From a virus: DNA of 64,000 nt. The position numbers were made by a program, and so were the translations under genes. Every line of letters starts with the position of its first letter. Positions within the stretch are counted from its first letter, which is position 1. A model generated the notes under the pieces. That model was given only the letters and a program-made list of their open reading frames with translations, had not been told where the DNA came from and ran no database searches. Where the stretch lies: positions 1 to 64,000 of IMG/VR virus record IMGVR_UViG_3300047095_000535. The stretch is one strand, 5' to 3'. Shown here piece by piece: positions 49,512 to 59,071 of the stretch.

Positions 49512-50909
49512 ATGAAGTTAAGCGTATCAAAGGATGCAGACCCTAACTACCTTGCGGTTGTTGTAACTATTCCCGAAATCAAGCCTCACCCCAACGCAGA
49601 CAAGTTGAGTTGTGTGGAGATTTTCGGGAATAGCATCATCATCGCCAAGGATATGTATGCGGTTGGTGAGAAGGTCGTGTATTTCCCGGTGGAATCATGC
49701 TTGAAACCCGAGTTTTTGTCTTGGGCGAATCTGTTTGACAAACCGGAGCTGAATGCGGATGAAAAGACCAAGGGGTTTTTCCATGTCAAGGGTTGTCGTG
49801 TCAAAGCGATCAATCTGCGGCAGATGCCCTCTCAGGGATTTCTATACAAGACCGAACAACTGGCCAAGTACTATAAGATTTCCGATTCGGAGTTTAAAGT
49901 CGGGGAATCCTTTGATACGGTGGGCGACCACCAATTAGTTACCAAATACATTAGACCGGAGAGTAACAGTGGTCAACAGAACTTCAAGAAGAGTAAGATC
50001 CCAGCATGGGTGAACAACACTCTAGGATATCTTCCTAGACCCGTTCGTAGGATGGTATATCCGCCTATCAAGTGGTACTACAAGGTGGATGCCCAAGAGG
50101 GGTTCAAATCCAGAATTGTCGAAGGGCAGTTTCATTACCACTATAAAACCGAGCATCTTGGCAAGAATATCTTCGCGCTGAATCCGGATGATAATATCAC
50201 GATTACCCACAAGTGTCATGGTACATCCGCAATTTATGGAAACCTGCTTTGTAAGAGAAACCTGTCCCTTCTGGACAGATTATATAAGGCTTGTGGAAAA
50301 GCGGTAAAAGAAACTGAGTATAGATTGGTATACTCTTCTCGTTCCGTGGTCAAAAACCGGAAGGATGGAAGATACACGGACGATCTATGGGGTAAACACG
50401 CGGAAGAATTGGAAGGTAGGATTCCAGAGGGGTACACCGTGTACTCCGAGATTGTTGGATGGGCGTCTTCCGGTAAAATGATCCAGAAGGACTACGACTA
50501 TGGTATTACTAGAGGCGAGTCCGAGCTTTGGGTGTATAGAATCACTCATACCGATGCCGAAGGGGTGATCAAAGAATTGTCTTGGAACGCTATCGATGTT
50601 TTCTGCACCGAGTATGAACTGAAGATGGTCCCGGTTATTTGGGACGGATTCGACGGAGACGCCAAGGATGTTTTTCCTGATATCGTCATAGATGACAACT
50701 GGAGGGATAACTTCCTACACAGGCTCAAGGAAACTTACCTAGACAAACCATGCGCGTTCTGCTCTACTGGCGTAGTCGGGGAGGGTATCGTGGTTAAAAT
50801 CAATTCCAAGGAAGCTAAACCAGCGTTGAAGTTCAAATCTCCTTTATTCACAATTAAAGAATCGTCTGCTAGAGACGCAGGAGAAGTTGACATGGAGGAG
50901 GAAAGCTAA
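49512..50909 (+). CDS. RNA ligase with N-terminal OB/tRNA-binding domain (DRB0094/Rnl2-like family)
   Basis: IKPHPNADKL OB fold; motif I THKCHGTS; YSEIVG; EGIVVK; LKFKS. Confidence 0.85.
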   Translation: MKLSVSKDADPNYLAVVVTIPEIKPHPNADKLSCVEIFGNSIIIAKDMYAVGEKVVYFPVESCLKPEFLSWANLFDKPELNADEKTKGFFHVKGCRVKAINLRQMPSQGFLYKTEQLAKYYKISDSEFKVGESFDTVGDHQLVTKYIRPESNSGQQNFKKSKIPAWVNNTLGYLPRPVRRMVYPPIKWYYKVDAQEGFKSRIVEGQFHYHYKTEHLGKNIFALNPDDNITITHKCHGTSAIYGNLLCKRNLSLLDRLYKACGKAVKETEYRLVYSSRSVVKNRKDGRYTDDLWGKHAEELEGRIPEGYTVYSEIVGWASSGKMIQKDYDYGITRGESELWVYRITHTDAEGVIKELSWNAIDVFCTEYELKMVPVIWDGFDGDAKDVFPDIVIDDNWRDNFLHRLKETYLDKPCAFCSTGVVGEGIVVKINSKEAKPALKFKSPLFTIKESSARDAGEVDMEEES

Positions 50910-51148
50910 TGAGTACTCTAAAGCTAGTAAAAATTAAAACAATCTGCGGATGCGAAGGATGGGCGGGCTTTTTCGGCTATAATGAAAACGGTGATCAACC
51001 GGAATGTAACGCGGACGTTGTATTGGAGGTAGAGGAAGATTGTCTTTATGAAGAAGATGGAAGACTCTACTTGGCTTATGATGAGACTTGTCCGGTATGT
51101 GGGGGCAACTTGGTATGGCCCCAAGAGTGGGAGATAGTGAAGGAGTAA
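50909..51148 (+). CDS. Small Cys-containing (zinc-ribbon-like) protein
   Basis: CGC...C...CPVCG. Confidence 0.55.
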   Translation: MSTLKLVKIKTICGCEGWAGFFGYNENGDQPECNADVVLEVEEDCLYEEDGRLYLAYDETCPVCGGNLVWPQEWEIVKE

Positions 51149-51163
51149 TAACAAGGAAGTACT

Positions 51164-51454
51164 ATGGATAGAATATACTGTGGCCATACAAAGTTGATTT
51201 TTTATAGAAACCCCAACGGAAGGGTAGTTTGTTATTCTGATTCCGGAGACTCTCTCTCTTTATTGATGGACACTGGTCATGACGTTCCATATATAGTGAA
51301 TAAACGGGCAAAAGTCCCAAGAGTGAAGTATAAATGTTGTTCGGTTTCACCGGAACCTTTATATGATCATTATTGGTGGATGGAAACGCTTCGAAATAAT
51401 CCCGTTCCCGAGTATAAACATCAGCCAAAATCATTTAGGTGGGATCTCGACTGA
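51164..51454 (+). CDS. Hypothetical protein
   Basis: 96-aa ORF. Confidence 0.45.
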   Translation: MDRIYCGHTKLIFYRNPNGRVVCYSDSGDSLSLLMDTGHDVPYIVNKRAKVPRVKYKCCSVSPEPLYDHYWWMETLRNNPVPEYKHQPKSFRWDLD

Positions 51455-51461
51455 AGAGAGA

Positions 51462-51479
51462 TAAACACTAGGATATCAT
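51462..51479 (+). promoter_or_regulatory. TAAACACTAG-box promoter
   Basis: TAAACACTAG-GA-TATCAT, in-frame ATG 6 nt later (51486). Confidence 0.75.
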
Positions 51480-51485
51480 ATGACC

Positions 51486-51965
51486 ATGACGACAACAAAA
51501 ACTTGCTCACACCCCTTTCAGATAGACGGGGAACCGTGTGGAATGTGTGAGTTATTAAACACCGCGCCTTCGGGCTTGAGAATGTATTTTTTTGTAATGG
51601 GGAATATATCTGGTCGGCAACAGGGTATTCAAGCGGGTCATGCCGCACTGGAATATGCTCGTAAGTATGGCCACCAAAAACAGTATCAGGAATTTGTAGA
51701 CCTTGACAAGACTTTTATCCTGTTGGATGGGGGCGGTTCCCGGGATATGGTGACTAGGGTTCAGGAGTTGTTTGTACACGGCATACAACATGTCACCTTC
51801 AGTGAACCCGATCTAAGCAATTCTATAAGCGCAATCGCGTTCATCGTTCCCGAGGTTATATACAACTTCGACGTTCAGGCGTATTGTGATGGCGATCCAC
51901 GCTACCCCGAGGAAAATTACACCATCTTTCAATACTTAAGATCATTTAAACTGGCGAGCAACTAA
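51486..51965 (+). CDS. Peptidyl-tRNA hydrolase 2 (PTH2)-like protein
   Basis: MYFFV..NISGRQQGIQAGHAALEY...FILLDGG...FSEPDL..SISAIAF pattern. Confidence 0.7.
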   Translation: MTTTKTCSHPFQIDGEPCGMCELLNTAPSGLRMYFFVMGNISGRQQGIQAGHAALEYARKYGHQKQYQEFVDLDKTFILLDGGGSRDMVTRVQELFVHGIQHVTFSEPDLSNSISAIAFIVPEVIYNFDVQAYCDGDPRYPEENYTIFQYLRSFKLASN

Positions 51966-51966
51966 T

Positions 51967-52194
51967 ATGTCCAGATTCAACCTCAACAACGGCGTTACCC
52001 ATGAGAAGCATGGGGATGGGCATGTCATCGCGACTGGCGATAGAGTATATGTTCGTTTCTTGTCCGGTGTGGTTGAGGTATGTTCGGAAGACGAGCTGAT
52101 ATCCAATCCCAAGATTGGTCTTACTAGGAGTTTTAACAGGGGAAAGCGTCAATACGGAGTTTTTTCCAAGAAAGGGAGTAGAAAATATGAGTGA
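51967..52194 (+). CDS. Small SH3-like hypothetical protein
   Basis: VTHEKHGDGHVI...VYVRF pattern. Confidence 0.5.
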   Translation: MSRFNLNNGVTHEKHGDGHVIATGDRVYVRFLSGVVEVCSEDELISNPKIGLTRSFNRGKRQYGVFSKKGSRKYE

Positions 52195-52360
52195 GGGTTC
52201 TTGTAAAACAATGAGGGTGATGGCTAAGGAAGCGATTGATAATACTGATTGGGATTCTTATTGGAAAAAGGTGGACGTGGAAGTTGCCAAAGATGCGGAG
52301 GCGTATAGAGAGTCTAGACGAAGGTCTGTAAAGGATATGAACAATATAGTACTAGACTAA
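52187..52360 (+). CDS. Small hypothetical protein
   Basis: In-frame ATG 52187 overlapping the upstream gene end. Confidence 0.45.
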   Translation: MSEGSCKTMRVMAKEAIDNTDWDSYWKKVDVEVAKDAEAYRESRRRSVKDMNNIVLD

Positions 52361-53220
52361 TATCTATTTGGATGTTTTTCATAATAATTAATAATATATG
52401 TTTCCATTTCTTGAAGCTTCTCCAATTTTCTTGTTAGGTAACAATCTTCCATATCGGTGTATAGAAAGTTTTTAATTTTTAGTATATCCTTCCTATCGTT
52501 AATCGTATATTTAAAAATCGATTTCTTAGTTAAAATCTTAGTGTTGGAACGTAGTTGTAACGTGTCTTGTAAATAATTTTTAATAAATGAACATATGCTA
52601 TATGTTCCCAAAAAGGAAATAGACGTCGAGGTTTGACTTTTATATGTTTTAATAAACGCACAACCATCTCCATCAAAATATCCTCTAATAAAATGTTTTA
52701 TATAATATGGTTCTAGGCTTGGTGGTTTAAGGGTGAAGGTTTTATTATCATGCAATCCTTGCTTACGGGCGTTTTCATAAAATCCTTTACTATATATTTG
52801 TAACAGCTTTTGGTTTTGGTGATTTTTTGATGCCCCTTTTCGAAAAAGAATTGGTCCGTTAAACTCACAATAAAACGATAGTCGTTCTAAAATATATGAG
52901 TCCCTCTCTTGTAATCCTATTTTAACTCTATAACCATCTTTTGTTTTGGATATATTTCCATCGGCGTATAATAACCCTAGAAAGTAAGCTTTGTCTATAC
53001 TATTAATATCATTAAAATATTCTTCATTTAAGGTATATCGCCTACGAGGTGGTCTCAGTGCTACTCGGTATCTTTTTAAATTGCTGATAACGGTTGGAAC
53101 GGGTATGTCCAACTGAGTAGATATCTCTTTAGTAGTTCGTCCTTCTTCATATAAAGAGATTATACTCTTTACAGACTCAATTCCCAACTTTTTACATGAT
53201 CGTTTTCTCCTAATGTTCAT
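52357..53220 (-). mobile_element. Free-standing double-motif LAGLIDADG homing endonuclease with N-terminal HTH
   Basis: AYFLGLLYADGNI and HFIRGYFDGDGC motifs; AT-rich; the only long antisense gene in the accessory run; own TAAATA box 5 nt upstream. Confidence 0.9.
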
Positions 53221-53251
53221 TTATATATTTAACCAAACCGAATAGATTTTT

Positions 53252-53953
53252 ATGGAAACATACCAAATTATTACCGACGAGAAGGCTTTGAGAGAGTACA
53301 TTGACTGGCTTCCTGATTGTCAAGAACATGAACAATTTTATCTGACTTTATTCGCTAGAAAAAAGTATTGCCCGTCAGTTAAATGGATTAAAAGCGATAA
53401 AGGACAGCTTTGTAGAAAAACGTCTAAAAAAGAGTTTATTTTTGATAAGATCGCACAGATGGAATGTAAGCTCGGTGCTTATAAGATGGACGGAAATCCA
53501 GTTCCTCAAGAAGCGTTAGCGTGTTATATCAGCGTATCTCCAAGAGATTTATGGAAGGCTACAGTGCGTAGCATTGGGCAATTGGCGAAGGTATTGGAGT
53601 GTAATGGAAAGAACTCCAATCCCCATCAGGAGGTAATGAGTGAAATCCAGCGGGTTCCCGGTACCCGGAAGTTTGTAATGTTCGATATCGACGAGAAGAA
53701 CGATGATGTTTTAAGAGAGGTTGTCTCTACCGTGGATGGATATTGTGATGTGGTGGAAACCCGTGGAGGGTACCATGTCTTCGTTCGCAAGGACTCTATC
53801 GACAAGATCACTGATAAGATGTGGTATAAGAAGATCGCGAACCATTCCGACGTTACAGGCGATGCCATGTCCGTCCCATGTGGGACTTTTCAAGGGGGCC
53901 ACACTCCCAAGTTTGTATACAAGTATAGAGAGGCACCATATGATACCGATTGA
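53252..53953 (+). CDS. Hypothetical protein with AEP/prim-pol-like motifs
   Basis: MFDIDEK (DxD) and ETRGGYH (sxH) motifs. Confidence 0.5.
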   Translation: METYQIITDEKALREYIDWLPDCQEHEQFYLTLFARKKYCPSVKWIKSDKGQLCRKTSKKEFIFDKIAQMECKLGAYKMDGNPVPQEALACYISVSPRDLWKATVRSIGQLAKVLECNGKNSNPHQEVMSEIQRVPGTRKFVMFDIDEKNDDVLREVVSTVDGYCDVVETRGGYHVFVRKDSIDKITDKMWYKKIANHSDVTGDAMSVPCGTFQGGHTPKFVYKYREAPYDTD

Positions 53954-54122
53954 TATTGACACTAATACGTTTAGACGTAGATCAAAGATTTCTATTATGT
54001 ATGTTTGCCTTTGGGTTTACTTACCATTTGCAATGGTTGCTGCATGGAACACCCTTAGAGGTCCATCAGGAGCGGAATATGATGTTTGTGGTATGAGGAA
54101 CGATCTAATGAAATACTGGTAA
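53940..54122 (+). CDS. Small membrane protein
   Basis: MIPIDIDT... with one hydrophobic helix (3' part of track ORF 53721). Confidence 0.4.
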   Translation: MIPIDIDTNTFRRRSKISIMYVCLWVYLPFAMVAAWNTLRGPSGAEYDVCGMRNDLMKYW

Positions 54123-54394
54123 TGAAAGATGTAGTATATACTAGTTTTTACGAGTTACAACAGGTCTTAGAATCTGTTTCATCGGGGCATTATGAATATA
54201 ATGATAGGTATGCCGAATACGCTTGTGCTTATTGTGGGGGCAACCAGCATTGGCGAGACGCCACGGAAGAGGCTCAAGATGGTTCTATGCATAGGCCGGA
54301 TTGTATTAGGTTGGTTGCACAGAGGTTATTAGAAGAAACTGTTTTAATCGAGCCAGAGGAACCTATAGAAAATGAAAGCCAACATGACAGTTGA
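54122..54394 (+). CDS. Hypothetical Zn-binding protein
   Basis: CAYC...HRPDC. Confidence 0.55.
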   Translation: MKDVVYTSFYELQQVLESVSSGHYEYNDRYAEYACAYCGGNQHWRDATEEAQDGSMHRPDCIRLVAQRLLEETVLIEPEEPIENESQHDS

Positions 54395-54791
54395 AAAGAC
54401 ATTAAAGCTGATACACCGTCTTACTGACAAGCTCAACGAGTTAAAGGGTAGTATAGACGATCAGGTGTGTAAGGCCGCGTTTAAATACGCCATGGCCGAT
54501 CCTAGTAAGCATGGGAATCCTAGTCATGCCGCTGATTTTGGCAATAGGTGGGACGTGGAGAATCCACAGACAGTTTCATGTAAATGGGATGATAGTTGGT
54601 CCTATGAAGGGTATGATAGCGGAGAGATTTATGTTCCTATTGCCTTTATATATGACGAGCAGGCTTTAGACCAGTATGTGCAGAAGTGTACAGAGGATCG
54701 ACTTTCAAAGGAAGAACAGCAACGCGAACTTGAGCTACGCAACAAAAAGAAGCTGCTCGAAAAGCTTAAGAAAGAACTTGGAGAATCATGA
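54372..54791 (+). CDS. Hypothetical protein
   Basis: C-terminal KKLLEKLKKELGES. Confidence 0.6.
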   Translation: MKANMTVEKTLKLIHRLTDKLNELKGSIDDQVCKAAFKYAMADPSKHGNPSHAADFGNRWDVENPQTVSCKWDDSWSYEGYDSGEIYVPIAFIYDEQALDQYVQKCTEDRLSKEEQQRELELRNKKKLLEKLKKELGES

Positions 54792-55219
54792 AAGTTAAAC
54801 TAATTATAGCAGATGTGGTAACTACTGCCACATACAACCCTGACGACTATGACGATTACAGTGAGGTCTCTAAGATTTTTGCGGACGAATATAGTCAGTG
54901 GGAGGAAGTGGATGTGTATACACAGCTTGGCGACTTGAGGGGGTTCGTCTGTGATTTCAATACACAAGCTAGACAAACTAAGAGTCATAAGTTCGCTTTT
55001 ATAGTGGAGGAGTCTACGCAGATCCCTATCAAATCCGCCCTCGCGGAAATGGTGGAGAAACGGAGAAAAGAACTAGAGGCGGCGAAAGCAGCGAGAGAAG
55101 AATATGAGAAGAGGGAAGCGGATAAAAAGAAGGCGAAGGCAATGAAAAAAGCCGCGAAGACTGAAGCAGAGCGAAAGAAGCTTTTAGAGGAACTGAAGAA
55201 GGAATTCGGGGAAGCTTGA
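54788..55219 (+). CDS. Hypothetical protein
   Basis: C-terminal KKLLEELKKEFGEA. Confidence 0.6.
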   Translation: MKVKLIIADVVTTATYNPDDYDDYSEVSKIFADEYSQWEEVDVYTQLGDLRGFVCDFNTQARQTKSHKFAFIVEESTQIPIKSALAEMVEKRRKELEAAKAAREEYEKREADKKKAKAMKKAAKTEAERKKLLEELKKEFGEA

Positions 55220-55223
55220 GAGT

Positions 55224-55241
55224 TAAACACTAGGGTATAAT
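55224..55241 (+). promoter_or_regulatory. TAAACACTAG-box promoter
   Basis: TAAACACTAG-GG-TATAAT (consensus -10), ATG 6 nt later (55248). Confidence 0.8.
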
Positions 55242-55247
55242 CACAGT

Positions 55248-55448
55248 ATGAAACTACCTAAAGGCAAACCTACATTGGATCATTTAAACGACTACGCCAG
55301 TTTGTTTAGCTTTATTGGTAACGGGTTGGATTCGGCTAGAAATATACAAGGGTTGTCAAAAGGCGATAAGGAAGAACTTTGGGACATGGTGCTAACTTGC
55401 GCGAGATGCTCTGCCGTGTTAGACAGAATAGAGATGCTTAACAGGTAA
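55248..55448 (+). CDS. Hypothetical protein
   Basis: 66 aa; box promoter upstream. Confidence 0.6.
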   Translation: MKLPKGKPTLDHLNDYASLFSFIGNGLDSARNIQGLSKGDKEELWDMVLTCARCSAVLDRIEMLNR

Positions 55449-55453
55449 CAATT

Positions 55454-55858
55454 ATGATCAATATAAACGCATTTAATAACGTAATCACCGGGACGTTCGA
55501 CGAATGTCATACTGCTTTCGATAAGGTTGTGGGAAAACTCGAAAAGAGGAGTTGGCCGCTTAATGGTGGTGGATGCGCGGAGGAATGGGTGTATTTTTCA
55601 ATGTATGACTATGTTGACAACGACAGCGTTGATGCGGGTGTTATATATCCTGATTTCGAGGCGAATCCGTTGATTACCGAAGGTACCTTGAAAGTGGTTA
55701 TCGATGATTGGCTTAATACGTCTGTGTTTTTAACCAATCCGAGAATAAACGATGTTTTCCGGTTTTTCGCGAACAACCACGACGGCCATCACGGGTTTCT
55801 TGAAGGAGTGTATTATAGTTACAATGATGGTGCGCTACACTTGATATCGGGATCATGA
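55454..55858 (+). CDS. Hypothetical protein
   Basis: 134 aa with DGHHGFLEG block. Confidence 0.55.
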   Translation: MININAFNNVITGTFDECHTAFDKVVGKLEKRSWPLNGGGCAEEWVYFSMYDYVDNDSVDAGVIYPDFEANPLITEGTLKVVIDDWLNTSVFLTNPRINDVFRFFANNHDGHHGFLEGVYYSYNDGALHLISGS

Positions 55859-56010
55859 ACATAATCGTTAAAACTTTTGAATGGATTAAAGGTATCGTCC
55901 TACCTACTCCCAAACCGCCTATTAGATACGGTGGATGGCATTTTTGTTATGAGTGTGGGCAGATAGTGATGAACGGAACTCCACATACTTGTACTAAACG
56001 TAAACCATAA
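55855..56010 (+). CDS. Small zinc-finger-like protein (51 aa)
   Basis: Below the track cutoff; CYECG...HTC; ATGA overlap. Confidence 0.5.
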   Translation: MNIIVKTFEWIKGIVLPTPKPPIRYGGWHFCYECGQIVMNGTPHTCTKRKP

Positions 56011-56022
56011 AAACATAAACAT

Positions 56023-56217
56023 ATGATAATAACTATCTATTTTTTAATAAGTGCGGTGTTCGGGCTAGGGACATGGGTTTACATGGGAATGAACCCAATA
56101 GAAAGGTCGGCAGGTGGACTGGTTGTGATATCTATAGCTTGGCCGATTGTCCTTATTCTTGGGTTGGTTATAGGTTTTGACTACCTTATAAAAAAGAGCT
56201 TTACAATTTTTGACTAA
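56023..56217 (+). CDS. Small membrane protein
   Basis: Two hydrophobic helices. Confidence 0.55.
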   Translation: MIITIYFLISAVFGLGTWVYMGMNPIERSAGGLVVISIAWPIVLILGLVIGFDYLIKKSFTIFD

Positions 56218-56497
56218 TCATATGAAAGAAACTTTGAAACTAACAGGAGAACGAGGACAGGATATTGTATACGGATACGATGATGAGTATGTACTCGTAG
56301 AAGAGAAGATCGTAGGTACTTCGCGATGGTGTACTATCCATGAGATAGTAGTTAAAAGGGTTGAGGATGGGAAATTTTTCAAATCCGGGTATCGACAGGG
56401 GGCCACGGAAATACAGGACGAGCGGCCATATGAGTATGGTGATGCGTTATTTGAAGAGGTTTCTGCGGTGGAGAAAACGGTAATAGTTTACGAATAA
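56210..56497 (+). CDS. Hypothetical phage protein
   Basis: SRWCTIHEIVV...YRQGATEIQDERP pattern. Confidence 0.6.
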   Translation: MTNHMKETLKLTGERGQDIVYGYDDEYVLVEEKIVGTSRWCTIHEIVVKRVEDGKFFKSGYRQGATEIQDERPYEYGDALFEEVSAVEKTVIVYE

Positions 56498-56516
56498 TAG
56501 AACACGAACTAAAAAT

Positions 56517-57464
56517 ATGGGATGCTGGAACGGTACATGCGCGATTACGAATCTTCCGATTTATGCGGGGGAAAAGGTATATGTTTTCTTCTTGAGGGAA
56601 GGGGCGTTTTATGATAAATATATAGGCAATCATTGTGACCCTGATAACTACTATTCCCTAGACCCTCTATATTTTGAGGGGGAGTACAATGACTATGGAT
56701 CGGTTGAAAACATCACCGGAGACCTTGTGGATGTCATATTAGATAGACTCAAAGACGAATTGGTGGAAATGGAACAGGGAGAGAATCAGTACCATGACGT
56801 CGAAGTTAAGAAAGAAGGGCTGACGTTGGAGAAGGTTCTTGACATAGACCATGAAAGTCGTCTGTTCGTGGTTGCTGATGGTTTTGATCAACAACACGGA
56901 GCGGATAAACAGCGGTTGACCCATATTACCATTCGCAAGGGGGTGTTGGATAGGATTCTTGAAACTTATAAATGGGAGAGTTACGTCGAAGTCTCAGACG
57001 GCAAATACGAGGACGTGGTTATGTCTTTTTCCAGTCTTTATGACGAAGATATAATCGAGTCAATTAGACTGGACCTGCAAAAAGCTTGGGAAAGTAAGAC
57101 CAAGTTTAGAGAAATGTACGTGGCATTTCCTGAGCTTATATTCTCGTCGGTAGAGTCGGCAGTTTGGAGAGGTATTATTGCAGGTCGTTCTAATGGTAAT
57201 GGAATAGATCGGCTGGCGTGTCGGCTGGCGAGTCAAATGTGTAATGATCCGATAAAGTTTAAAGCCCTAATGCGGCAGGTTTTAACCCGGGTATGGTTGA
57301 ACCGGTTCTATAATGATAGTCGTAGAATGTGGTTCAAGCCATCAGGGTGCGGTAGTCAAAACTCTAACACCGAAGCACAACGAATTATCGCACAAGTTAC
57401 TATGGACGGTATTCAGGACATGAAGCAGTATGGTATTGATAACGGGTGGGAGGAAGATGAATAA
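56517..57464 (+). CDS. Hypothetical phage protein
   Basis: MGCWNGTCAITNLPI...GEYNDYG N-terminus; 315 aa. Confidence 0.65.
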   Translation: MGCWNGTCAITNLPIYAGEKVYVFFLREGAFYDKYIGNHCDPDNYYSLDPLYFEGEYNDYGSVENITGDLVDVILDRLKDELVEMEQGENQYHDVEVKKEGLTLEKVLDIDHESRLFVVADGFDQQHGADKQRLTHITIRKGVLDRILETYKWESYVEVSDGKYEDVVMSFSSLYDEDIIESIRLDLQKAWESKTKFREMYVAFPELIFSSVESAVWRGIIAGRSNGNGIDRLACRLASQMCNDPIKFKALMRQVLTRVWLNRFYNDSRRMWFKPSGCGSQNSNTEAQRIIAQVTMDGIQDMKQYGIDNGWEEDE

Positions 57465-57691
57465 TGACAATAGAAGTACCAACAGAACTGGAAGAGGACT
57501 TTATCAACTTTCTTATCGTATCCCTCAATATGTTCGCTGAAGACGAATTGACGATGATGACGGAATCGGAACGAGAGGTTATAGACTTTTTGGAGAACCT
57601 AGTCGGCAAGGGAAATATCGGTCGGTTTACTTCATTGGAGGATAAAAGCAAGGCCATGCGAATGATAACGTCTATAATGAATAGGGTATGA
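57464..57691 (+). CDS. Hypothetical protein
   Basis: 75 aa, translationally coupled. Confidence 0.5.
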   Translation: MTIEVPTELEEDFINFLIVSLNMFAEDELTMMTESEREVIDFLENLVGKGNIGRFTSLEDKSKAMRMITSIMNRV

Positions 57692-58062
57692 AGAAGAAAA
57701 CCGTAAAAAATAAAGAGGGCGACATGAAAGACCGGGAATATTTCGCGGCCTATATTGGACCTATTGATCGGGTGGAGTTGGATAAAACAAATCCTATGGG
57801 GGAGGGCAAGCTTCGATCCTATTTACAACAGGCGTTTCATGAGGTTGCGGGACATTGGGCGGATACGTGTTCTAGTGGATGGGGAGTTAAACCTGATATG
57901 ATCCATCATCTTAGTTTTGCCCATTGGGACGAAGATACTAAAAAAGGAGTAGTGGATTCTTACATTTGGGAAAGTAAAAAGATGCCTAGATGTGTTAAGG
58001 CATGGTACCTGTTACTGGAATCCGAAGGGGTGTATAAGAAAGGGGATAATAAGGGATTATGA
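57688..58062 (+). CDS. Hypothetical protein
   Basis: 124 aa, translationally coupled. Confidence 0.55.
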   Translation: MKKKTVKNKEGDMKDREYFAAYIGPIDRVELDKTNPMGEGKLRSYLQQAFHEVAGHWADTCSSGWGVKPDMIHHLSFAHWDEDTKKGVVDSYIWESKKMPRCVKAWYLLLESEGVYKKGDNKGL

Positions 58063-58679
58063 GACTGTTTTTAATTAGGCACGGCCAGTCCGAAGGCAAC
58101 GTTGATAAAACCAAGTACTTTGAGAAGTTGGATTGTGAAATCGAACTTACGGAGTTGGGGGGTACCCAAGCGGTGACAGCGGCGTTGGATATAGCTGATT
58201 ATTGTGACGAGTCCCGATTTGCAGGCAACATATTCTACAGTCCATATATACGGGCGGAACAAACGGCCCATATCATATGTGATAAGCTGGAGAGCTATGG
58301 CAGCTATGTTATATGTTATGAATGCGACCCGAGACTTCGTGAGAGGGAATGGGGAGGACTCAGGGACATTGTAATGTCTGGGCAGAAAACGGAAAGTCAC
58401 TTCAATTTCTTCTATAGACCGGATGGAGGCGAGTCGTTCGCTGATTGTTATGATCGGGTGGCGTCTTTCCACCAATGGTTGCTTACTTATCACCCACAGG
58501 ACGACAATATCATTGTGGCGCATGGCGAGTTCAACAAGCTTTATGCGATGTATCTGATGCGGTGGACTTTGAAGGAATTTGATAAATGGAGGACTCCTAG
58601 AAACGGAGAAGTCATGTATTTCAATGACAGTGATTTAAGTGCGGAAACTCCACTCGCTCTAAAGGTCGATAAACACTAG
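58059..58679 (+). CDS. Histidine phosphatase (phosphoglycerate mutase family)
   Basis: LIRHGQSEGN, SPYIRAEQT, LREREWG, GGES and VAHG motifs. Confidence 0.92.
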   Translation: MRLFLIRHGQSEGNVDKTKYFEKLDCEIELTELGGTQAVTAALDIADYCDESRFAGNIFYSPYIRAEQTAHIICDKLESYGSYVICYECDPRLREREWGGLRDIVMSGQKTESHFNFFYRPDGGESFADCYDRVASFHQWLLTYHPQDDNIIVAHGEFNKLYAMYLMRWTLKEFDKWRTPRNGEVMYFNDSDLSAETPLALKVDKH

Positions 58680-58687
58680 GATATTAT
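58670..58687 (+). promoter_or_regulatory. TAAACACTAG-box promoter
   Basis: TAAACACTAG-GA-TATTAT, in-frame GTG 6 nt later (58694). Confidence 0.75.
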
Positions 58688-58693
58688 CAACAT

Positions 58694-59056
58694 GTGTCAA
58701 CTGAACTTTACGCTATTACATTTAAGGAAACTGGAGAGGTTTTAAACGCCAAGTTGTTTTCACAGTATTGGAAGACCTATGGCGGCAGCCAGTTATACGG
58801 ATGGAGAATGCCGAAGAAGATATACACTACCTTGGGAAAAGCCAAGAGTGGATTCGCACATGTTCCATATGACTTGAAACCCCACTTGGAGATATCAATT
58901 TTCACTCGCTCGTCTGCTGTGATGGACGGAGAAACTCTGAGAGACGACCAAGAGGAACGACGGGCTAAGAAGGATCAAGCTAGAAAAGAACGTTTAGCTA
59001 AGTATAGACTTAAACAGGCGCAAGAGGAACTGAATAAAGCACAAGCGGCGTTTTGA
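58694..59056 (+). CDS. Hypothetical protein
   Basis: 120 aa; box promoter upstream. Confidence 0.6.
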   Translation: MSTELYAITFKETGEVLNAKLFSQYWKTYGGSQLYGWRMPKKIYTTLGKAKSGFAHVPYDLKPHLEISIFTRSSAVMDGETLRDDQEERRAKKDQARKERLAKYRLKQAQEELNKAQAAF

Positions 59057-59071
59057 AACAGAAGGGTACTA

